Of a stretch of DNA of 64,000 bases, positions 57,401 through 64,000 are shown piece by piece (position 1 is the first letter of the stretch; each line of letters starts with the position of its first letter). Both the position numbers and the translations under genes were made by a program. The notes below the pieces were generated by a model. The model worked only from the letters and a program-made list of their open reading frames with translations. It ran no database searches and was not told where the DNA came from. Location: assembly GCA_004297305.1 (NCBI GenBank), contig SCTR01000007.1, forward strand, positions 25,281 to 89,280, in the 5' to 3' direction. The stretch is from Actinomycetota bacterium (GTDB taxonomy: Bacteria > Actinomycetota > Actinomycetes > S36-B12 > FW305-bin1).

Positions 57401-58981
57401 ATGAGCACTCCGGTGCTTCAGATCCAGGGCCTGACGAAGACGTACGGCGGGCAGCGTGCAGTCGACGGCGTCGACCTGTCCGTGGCTGCCGGCGAGATCG
57501 TCGCTCTGGTCGGGAAGAACGGCGCCGGCAAGAGCACGATCATCCGCGCCGTCAGCGGGGCGACGACGGGGGACTCCGGGACGATCTCGCTGGTCGGTCA
57601 GGCGCGCCGGTTCTCCGGCCCGCTTGCGGCACGGCAGGCCGGCGTTTCGGTGATGCATCAGGAGTTGAACGTCGCTGCCCGGATGACGGTGGCGGAGAAC
57701 CTCGGGCTGGGTGCGGGCTATCCCCGGCGGGCCGGCCTGTTCATCGACCGGCGCGCCTTGGATCGGAAGGCGCGCAGCGTGCTGGCTCGAGTTCATCTGG
57801 ATCAACTCGACCCGGATACCCCGATGACGGACCTGACCCCGGTCCAGCAGCGCCTCGTCATGATTGCGGCGGCCCTGTGGGTGGACGCCCGGCTGCTGAT
57901 CCTCGACGAGCCGACGGCGTCGCTGACCGAGGAGGAGATCGGTCATCTGCATCGAACCGTGCAATCCCTGCGCGCCGAGGGCGTCGGAGTGCTGTACGTG
58001 TCCCATCGGCTCGACGAGGTCCTCGCGCTCGCCGACCGCATCGTCGTCATGCGCGACGGGCTGGTTGTCGCTGATGTCCCGCGGGCCGACCTGACGAAGG
58101 CTCAGCTGGTCGCGCTCATTGGCGGAGTGGCACGCAACGTGCACCGTGCCGCCGCGCCGGCTCCGCTGTCCGACGACGCCCCGGTCATGCTCGACGTTCA
58201 GCAGCTGCAGGTTCTCGGTGCGACAGCGCCGGTCTCGATGCAGGTACGACGAGGCGAGGTGCTCGGCGTCGGCGGTCTCGTCGGTGCCGGGCGTACCGAA
58301 CTGCTCCGGGGGATCTACGGCGCCGATCCGGTACTCGATGGCGAGGTCACTGTCGGCGGTCGTCCGGTACGACGTGGGTCACCGCGCGCCTCGATCGCCG
58401 CGGGCCTGGTCCTGTTGACCGAGGATCGCGCCGGCCAGGGGGCATTTCATGGCTTCTCGGTGCGCTGGAACACCACCATTGGATCGCTGCGACGCTTCCG
58501 GGCGCTGTCCTGGCTGCCGGTGCCGTCGGTGGCTGCCGAACGGCGCAGCGCCGGCGGCTTGATCGACCAACTCCGCATCGCCGGCGCGCAGCCGGACACC
58601 GACATCGACGCGCTGTCGGGCGGTAACCAGCAGAAGGTGCTGATCTCGCGATGGCTGGCGACCGGCGCCCAGGTCATCCTGCTCGACGAACCGACGATCG
58701 GTATCGACGTGCATGCCAAGGCCGAGATCTACGACCTGCTGCGGTCCATGGCGGCGCAAGGCCGCACCGTCGTGGTGGTCTCAGCCGACCTGGCCGAACT
58801 CGAGATGCTGTGCCATCGCGTGATCGTCCTGCATGACGGAGCCGTCGGAGCAGAACTGGTTGGCGCGCAGATCAGCGAGGAGGCGATCCTGCGGACCTGC
58901 TTCCGTCTCGACGAAGCCGACACCGAGCCGGCCCCGGTCGCCGGCACCGGCGTGACCGGGGACGCCGCAGCCCGCTACTGA
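57401..58981 (+). CDS. Sugar ABC transporter ATP-binding protein (two fused ABC domains)
   Basis: From ATG 57401: MSTPVLQIQGLTKTYGG...GKNGAGKST...LILDEPTASL, with a second domain containing LSGGNQQKV...ILLDEPTIGIDV. Confidence 0.92.
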   Translation: MSTPVLQIQGLTKTYGGQRAVDGVDLSVAAGEIVALVGKNGAGKSTIIRAVSGATTGDSGTISLVGQARRFSGPLAARQAGVSVMHQELNVAARMTVAENLGLGAGYPRRAGLFIDRRALDRKARSVLARVHLDQLDPDTPMTDLTPVQQRLVMIAAALWVDARLLILDEPTASLTEEEIGHLHRTVQSLRAEGVGVLYVSHRLDEVLALADRIVVMRDGLVVADVPRADLTKAQLVALIGGVARNVHRAAAPAPLSDDAPVMLDVQQLQVLGATAPVSMQVRRGEVLGVGGLVGAGRTELLRGIYGADPVLDGEVTVGGRPVRRGSPRASIAAGLVLLTEDRAGQGAFHGFSVRWNTTIGSLRRFRALSWLPVPSVAAERRSAGGLIDQLRIAGAQPDTDIDALSGGNQQKVLISRWLATGAQVILLDEPTIGIDVHAKAEIYDLLRSMAAQGRTVVVVSADLAELEMLCHRVIVLHDGAVGAELVGAQISEEAILRTCFRLDEADTEPAPVAGTGVTGDAAARY

Positions 58982-59043
58982 CACAACTCGGGGCGGGGCG
59001 GCGGGCAACGGCGCGCGCGGATCGTCCCCGATACTCCCGACCG

Positions 59044-60000
59044 CTAGACCGTCGCGGCCTGCTCCTGCCGGTAGATCGAGATCATCTCCTCGATCGCGGT
59101 ACGGAAGGTGTACTCCGGGACGACCCCGAGTTCGCGCTGAGCGCGACTGCCGTCCAGTAGTGGGATGTCGGCCGACGATTCCGCCGCACCCATAGTCGCC
59201 AGGTCGAGGTGCGCGTCGGGCACGACCTGCCGGAAGGTCTCCAACGTCTCACCGACGGTGAGGATCTCGCTCACCGGCGCGTTGAAGATGACGTGTTCTG
59301 GGCGCGGGACCAGAACGCCGGCCACGAAGGTCCGTGCGATGTCCGCGGCGTACATCGGCTGCCACTTGGCCTCTCGCGGACCGAACATCGCCGGGAACAC
59401 GGCCGGCTCGCCCAGCGCGACGCGGCGAACGGTATCGGCGATCAGACCGCTGCCGCTCCCCAGTCGGCCGACGCCGTACGACGTGACCGGCCGGATGCCC
59501 ACGACGTCGAGGTCGTACTGGTCGCGGTAGGCCAAGCTGACCTGTTCGCAGGTGACCTTGCTCGCGCGGTAGACGGTGAACGGTCCCACCAGCTGGTCCT
59601 CGTCCAACAGGCCCGTCGCGCCGTACTCCTGGCTGCGGCCGTAGACCCCACTCGAACTGGCCCAGCACACGCGTTCGACGTCCAGGATGCGGGCGGCTTC
59701 GAACACGTTGGTGGTCCCGACGCAGTTGGCCATCACGACCTGCATCGGCACGATCGTGTCCGCGACGGCTCCGGCCAGGTGGACGATCCGCTCGACCTTG
59801 CCTCGCTTGAGTGTCGACAACAGCCCGACCAGGTCGGTGACATCGCCACGGACCAGTTCGACCTCGTCGGCGGCTGCTCCGAGGCGTCCCGGGTTGAGGA
59901 ACAGATCCTGGGCGATGATGCTGTGACCGAGTTCGACCAGTTGCCGCGTCACCGGCGCGCCGATCAGGCCTGTCGCTCCGGTCACCAGGATTCTCGCCAT
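59044..60000 (-). CDS. NAD-dependent epimerase/dehydratase (extended SDR)
   Basis: MARILVTGATGLIGAPV (Rossmann GxxGxxG) and YRASK (catalytic YxxxK). Confidence 0.85.
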   Translation of the reverse strand: MARILVTGATGLIGAPVTRQLVELGHSIIAQDLFLNPGRLGAAADEVELVRGDVTDLVGLLSTLKRGKVERIVHLAGAVADTIVPMQVVMANCVGTTNVFEAARILDVERVCWASSSGVYGRSQEYGATGLLDEDQLVGPFTVYRASKVTCEQVSLAYRDQYDLDVVGIRPVTSYGVGRLGSGSGLIADTVRRVALGEPAVFPAMFGPREAKWQPMYAADIARTFVAGVLVPRPEHVIFNAPVSEILTVGETLETFRQVVPDAHLDLATMGAAESSADIPLLDGSRAQRELGVVPEYTFRTAIEEMISIYRQEQAATV

Positions 60001-60291
60001 GCCAGGTCCTTTCTCATTGCGCCGCAGCGATCGTGGCGGATCGCAGATCGGGCGCGGTGTGGACCGGACCCGACGATCACCGGACGGCCGGATTGTCGGA
60101 CTGAAGTCGTCTCGGCAGCGTGGCTCGAGGCGTGGGCACGTTACACCCGCATGCGGTCAGGTGAAAGCAGCCAGCGCTGACACCCAACGAGGCTGTCGTG
60201 GTCTAGTTTGACTGTCAGGCAATGCATTGGCGAAGGGAAGCTCGTTGACCTCGATGGGCCGGTCTGCGATGCCGGTGGGCTGGCGGTGTCG

Positions 60292-61110
60292 ATGAATCTT
60301 GAGTTTTCCGCCGGGACCTTGCCGGTGGATCGGGTGGCGTTGCTGTTGGTGGGCAGTTTCCTGGTCACTTTCGTCATCGTCCGGCTATGGGTCCGGATGC
60401 AACGTGACGGTCCCTCCTGGTGGCCGCGAAGCCTGTCCAGCGGTGGGACTCACGTCCATCACCTGGTACCTGGCATCTTCTTGTTGCTGCTGTCCGGCTT
60501 CCTGGTGTTCGCCCTCGCGCCAGGGTCGCCCTGGCTCGAACTGCTGGCTGTGGCGTTCGGCGCCGGGGCGGCGTTGACGTTGGACGAGTACGCGCTCTGG
60601 CTGCACCTGTCCGATGTCTACTGGAGTGACGAGGGGAGGCGATCGGTCGACGTCATCGTCGTTGCCTTCGCCGTCGGCGGACTCGTCGCGTTGGGCTACC
60701 GCCCGCTGGACCTGGACACCCTGCAGCTGGGCTGGTTGGCCGGCTGGTGGTGGGTTCCCCTGCTGGTCGTCGTCGGCAACACCGCGACCGTGGTCGGCTC
60801 CGCGCTCAAGGGCAAGTACTACTGCGCCGCGATAGGAATCATGATTCCTACCGTGGCCTTGATCGGAGCGCTCCGGCTGGCCCAGCCGTCGTCGTGGTGG
60901 GCCAGGCGCTGGTACCGCGACCGACCCGACAAGCTCGCCAGGGGCGGGCGCCGGGCGGCCATCTGGGGTGACCGCCGTACCCGCTGGTGGGACGCAATCG
61001 GCGGCCGCCACGGCGCCCCGGTCGACACCGCAGCCGGTACGGCGAGTACGGCGACAGACGCCGCGGCCGGTACGGCGACAGGTACGGCGAGCGACACCGA
61101 CCGGCCGTGA
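60292..61110 (+). CDS. Hypothetical integral membrane protein
   Basis: ORF 60208..61110; ATG 60292 gives MNLEFSAGTLPVDRVALLLVGSFLVTFVIV... It has several hydrophobic helices and a low-complexity Ala/Thr-rich C-terminus. Confidence 0.6.
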   Translation: MNLEFSAGTLPVDRVALLLVGSFLVTFVIVRLWVRMQRDGPSWWPRSLSSGGTHVHHLVPGIFLLLLSGFLVFALAPGSPWLELLAVAFGAGAALTLDEYALWLHLSDVYWSDEGRRSVDVIVVAFAVGGLVALGYRPLDLDTLQLGWLAGWWWVPLLVVVGNTATVVGSALKGKYYCAAIGIMIPTVALIGALRLAQPSSWWARRWYRDRPDKLARGGRRAAIWGDRRTRWWDAIGGRHGAPVDTAAGTASTATDAAAGTATGTASDTDRP

Positions 61111-61144
61111 CACCGAGGTCCGGCCGGGGCGAGCCGGCGTGGCG

Positions 61145-61549
61145 TCAGCGGGCGCGAACCCGGTTGTTGCGTGGCTCGTGCGTCAGCTCAGCGAGTCCGA
61201 GTTCTTCCAGCAGCGGCGGCAGGTACATCCCGAAGCGGCCGCGGTACCCCTTGCGCAGGCCGTACCACCCGCCGATCGGGTTGTCCGGCGCGCGGCCCCA
61301 CGCCTCTACGGTGCCGGGTGCTGGTTCCTTGTTCTCGTCAGCCGCGCCCAGCGCGATCCAGTCACTGGCGGCGACGAGCATCGCGTGCAGGTCGTCGATC
61401 GCCCGGGCGTCGTAGGACAACCAGGTCGAACCGACCTGGCAGCGCAACGTCGGCGGGTCGGTCGTGTCGTCACGGTGGATCGTGTACGACGACGTCCCGG
61501 GCGCGGTCGTCAGGTGCCACGGATCGTCGGCGGTGCCGCTACCGGTCAT
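61145..61549 (-). CDS. Hypothetical protein (134 aa)
   Basis: MTGSGTADDPWHLTTAPGTSSYTIHRDD...GGWYGLRKGYRGRFGMYLPPLLEELGLAELTHEPRNNRVRAR has an ordinary composition and a conserved-looking C-terminal block. I cannot name the family with confidence. Confidence 0.6.
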   Translation of the reverse strand: MTGSGTADDPWHLTTAPGTSSYTIHRDDTTDPPTLRCQVGSTWLSYDARAIDDLHAMLVAASDWIALGAADENKEPAPGTVEAWGRAPDNPIGGWYGLRKGYRGRFGMYLPPLLEELGLAELTHEPRNNRVRAR

Positions 61550-61694
61550 GGTGCCCTCCGTCGGGTGCAGCGGTGGCGAGGACTGCGGATGACGTTAGCG
61601 CGCCGCAGGCCGCCCGGCCGACCATCGGCGTGGTCCCACCGCGCGGGCCAGGCAGCCGCGCGGCCGAGGATCTCCTGGCCGACAGCAGGCCGAA

Positions 61695-63701
61695 TCAGAA
61701 GGGAAACTCGTCGTCCTCGCTGCCGGGGATCCCGAGGATGGCTGCGGCCAGCCCGATCGCCGCTGGGTCGTCGACGGACTCCAGAATCTCGCCGGTGACC
61801 GGATCGACGTCCGGCGGCGTATCCGGGTCTGACCCGTCGCCCGGCGCTGCAACCGTGCCGCCGGTCTGCCTCGTCCCGGAGTCGCGGTCGGCGAAGGCGT
61901 CAGGGCACCAGCGAGCGACTTCGCAACTGGCACAAGCCGGTCCTGGCCGCGTGGCGAAGTCGTCGTCGTGGTGCCAGGCATGGATCGCCTGTGCCAGAGC
62001 CGCTCGCGCCGCTACCACGGTGGCCTCGTGCCTGGCGTCGTACCGCACGAGCCGGGACTCGACGGGGCTCAGCAGTTCCAGTTCCACGGTCGCGGCGCCC
62101 TCCCCGAGCGCGGCGTCCGCGTCCGTGCTGGCACCAGCACCGGGCCCGGTGCCAGCGCCCGGGTCTGCGACGGGGTAGGCCCCGGTGTCGCCGGCAGGGC
62201 CGGACTCGGTGACGGCTGCACCGACGGCGCCGTCGGCCAGGGCGCAGATGGCGATGGCGACCTGGGGGAAGGCAGCCAACAGGACATCGTCGGAGGCGGT
62301 GGGCAGGTGAGTCAGGGTCTTGGTCTCTCGCCACACCACGCCCGTGGGGGTCCGCAACTGCAAATCGGGACGCATGACGACGAGGACCTCGGCGTCGGTG
62401 TCATCGATGGCGAGGTCGGCTTCGGGCCGCACCGCGCCGACGTCGTGGAGCTGGAACGGGCAGATCGTCATGTGCTGCAGCAGGTAAGGGGCCACCTCGG
62501 TCAGTTCTGGCACCGACATGCCCGCCGCGTCGAGGAGGTCCGCGGCGGCAGGAGACTGCGGGTCGAGGTCGGCTGCGCAGCAGCCGGTGCCGCGCGAATG
62601 GGACTGTTCCAGCCACCGATGCGCCAGCAGGCCGCGGCGCATCGGTGCCGATTCGGTGCTGCGTTCGGCCGGGAGCTTCAGATCGGCGGTGAGCAGATAG
62701 CGCGCCGGACACACCGCGTAGGTGACCAGCCGGCTGGGGTTGAGTACCCGCGGCCGTCGGCCGTTGTCGGGCATCCCGAGCAGGCCTGGGTCGCGGTTCA
62801 CCGCGCGGCATTGCGGCCGTGCCCGGCAGGTCCCGCATTTCCGCTGCGGCCGGGTGTCCCCACCGGCGATGAGCACCGGGACCAGCGGCAACCCGAGCGC
62901 TCGGTAGCGGTCGGTCGCCTCGGCCGGATCGCCCTCCCACAGCACCTCAACGCTGCCGTCGCCGAGTCCGACGTCGAGCAGGCGCACCAACTGGACGGGT
63001 CGTTCGGCGGGAGCGACCCGCACCGGGCCGCCGCGGTCCGTGCCGTCGATCACCCGGCGTCCGACCGCGGTAACGTACGCCGCGGCCGCGATCTGCTGTG
63101 CCGGACGAGGTTTGACGTCGCGGGCTGACCGCAGCCGGAGGAGCCGCAGCTCGCGGACCGTGCCGTCGGCAGCGGCGTACCCCAAGCCCCACGCCGTCAC
63201 CTCGCGAATGTCGCCGTCGTTCGCCCACACCACGGCACGCGGCGCATCGGGGAGCAGGCCGGCCGATACGGCGGCCAGAGACTCGGCGAGGTCCAGATAG
63301 GTCTCGGTGGCGTGTTCGGCCCAGCGCTGCATCGCCGGATGGACCTCGAGTCGTACGTCGTCTCCAGCGACGGCCGCGGCGACGGCTCGATCGGCGATCG
63401 CCGACCACGGCTCGTCCGCAGCAGCCGGCACCCCGCCGGACTCGACCGATCGCACGGCAGCGACCACCAGGCCCAGCGGGAAGGACTCCCAGCGGGGTTG
63501 CCGCCGCGGTACCCATTCGGCCCGTCGCGGCCAGACCTGCGGATGCGCCTTGCCCGCGAGGTACTCCGCGCAGGAACCAGGACCGACCTCGCCGAGCAGG
63601 CTGGCGCTAACCCGGACATGGTCGAGGTTTCCGTCGTAATCCCACGGCGGAGTCCAGGCGTTCGCGGCCGCGTGATCGCGCGTCGACGGAGTCCCGGTCA
63701 T
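61695..63701 (-). CDS. PD-(D/E)xK nuclease-family protein with Cas4/AddB-like Cys cluster and an SSB-tail-like C-terminus
   Basis: VLNPSRLVTYAVCPARYLL, GLLAHRWLE, VVMRPDLQL...VVWRETKT and PACASCEVARWC match the Cas4/AddB pattern C-x(n)-CxxCx5C. An additional CGTCRARPQC is present. The N-terminal ~330 aa are unassigned. The protein ends ...GIPGSEDDEFPF. Confidence 0.7.
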   Translation of the reverse strand: MTGTPSTRDHAAANAWTPPWDYDGNLDHVRVSASLLGEVGPGSCAEYLAGKAHPQVWPRRAEWVPRRQPRWESFPLGLVVAAVRSVESGGVPAAADEPWSAIADRAVAAAVAGDDVRLEVHPAMQRWAEHATETYLDLAESLAAVSAGLLPDAPRAVVWANDGDIREVTAWGLGYAAADGTVRELRLLRLRSARDVKPRPAQQIAAAAYVTAVGRRVIDGTDRGGPVRVAPAERPVQLVRLLDVGLGDGSVEVLWEGDPAEATDRYRALGLPLVPVLIAGGDTRPQRKCGTCRARPQCRAVNRDPGLLGMPDNGRRPRVLNPSRLVTYAVCPARYLLTADLKLPAERSTESAPMRRGLLAHRWLEQSHSRGTGCCAADLDPQSPAAADLLDAAGMSVPELTEVAPYLLQHMTICPFQLHDVGAVRPEADLAIDDTDAEVLVVMRPDLQLRTPTGVVWRETKTLTHLPTASDDVLLAAFPQVAIAICALADGAVGAAVTESGPAGDTGAYPVADPGAGTGPGAGASTDADAALGEGAATVELELLSPVESRLVRYDARHEATVVAARAALAQAIHAWHHDDDFATRPGPACASCEVARWCPDAFADRDSGTRQTGGTVAAPGDGSDPDTPPDVDPVTGEILESVDDPAAIGLAAAILGIPGSEDDEFPF

Positions 63702-64000
63702 CGGGCGTGGTCAGCCGCGGTCGCGGGATCCGCCTGTCGCGGTTCGGGTCGCGGACCCGACCGGCGTTGCAGCCCAGTGCCGGTCAGCAGGAGATCGGAA
63801 TCGGCGGTTCCCGGTGCCGGGGCGCCGTGCCGTAGCACCGGGCACGCCCGGCGAAACGCGCACCGACGGCACAGCGGGCCACGCCGGGCCTCCCAGGTGT
63901 TGCGCTGCAGCGACTCAGCCGACGACGCGCGCATGGTGGACAGGGTCGCGACGGCGTCGTCGAGCACGGCCCGGTACACCGGGCGCCGCACGCGTGTCCC
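63698..64000 (-). CDS. C-terminal end of a larger protein (continues beyond the right edge) with a Cas4/AddB-like CxxCx5C motif
   Basis: The frame is open through position 64000. The sequence ...LQRNTWEARRGPLCRRCAFRRACPVL... is present, and the stop TGA overlaps the ATG of the downstream gene (ATGA at 63698-63701). Confidence 0.6.
   Translation of the reverse strand, partial: GTRVRRPVYRAVLDDAVATLSTMRASSAESLQRNTWEARRGPLCRRCAFRRACPVLRHGAPAPGTADSDLLLTGTGLQRRSGPRPEPRQADPATAADHAR

Noticed and set aside
60220-60229. Perfect 10-bp palindrome CAATGCATTG upstream of the membrane-protein gene
   Set aside because: It is short and isolated with no second copy or flanking promoter elements, which is not enough to call a regulatory site.
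1-64000. tRNA, rRNA, transposase, integrase or prophage genes
   Set aside because: None was recognised on either strand. The only clear mobile element is the nrdJ intein.

Overview
High-GC actinobacterial chromosome segment. I saw no rRNA, tRNA or CRISPR array. (1) Positions 1-26.2 kb are a conserved housekeeping and SOS neighbourhood, in an order resembling the recA-lexA-nrdR region of mycobacteria. It contains lhr (partial), DUF3046, recA with an SOS box, recX, a MarR/MMPL pair, miaB, miaA, dapF, hflX, a DinG-like helicase, and lexA divergent from a ChiZ-like LysM gene with a shared SOS box. It ends with nrdR and a class II ribonucleotide reductase gene (nrdJ) that carries a 429-codon LAGLIDADG intein. 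(2) Positions 26.2-40.7 kb are an accessory defence-type island starting directly after the nrdJ stop. It opens with a visibly AT-richer, translationally coupled DUF262 (ParB-like nuclease) + HEPN pair. Next comes a helicase/methylase/ATPase cluster: an SNF2 helicase with a DUF3883 C-terminus, two small embedded ORFs, a DUF1156 DNA methyltransferase, a HEPN-DUF499 ATPase, and a wHTH-SF2 helicase. The methyltransferase frame is broken at a G9 homopolymer, and the last helicase is also frameshifted. This island is the best candidate for a poorly described or undescribed system. (3) Positions 40.9-49.1 kb hold a cupin, a LuxE/PaaK-like adenylating enzyme, and a small zinc-ribbon ORF. They also hold a 1203-aa RecB-like nuclease + SF1 helicase divergent from a LigD-like phosphoesterase-polymerase protein with no ligase domain; the shared intergenic region has a CCACGAG repeat array. 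(4) Positions 49.1-50.3 kb are a poorly coding stretch. (5) Positions 50.3-61.1 kb are metabolic and transport genes: a hydantoinase B fused to an acetone-carboxylase-gamma-like domain, hydantoinase A, a sugar-type ABC transporter, an epimerase and a membrane protein. (6) Positions 61.1-64.0 kb hold a small unknown gene plus two translationally coupled Cas4/AddB-like Cys-cluster nuclease genes; one of them ends in an SSB-tail-like DDEFPF. Many long R/P/G-rich ORFs in the supplied track are shadow frames of these genes and are not called.
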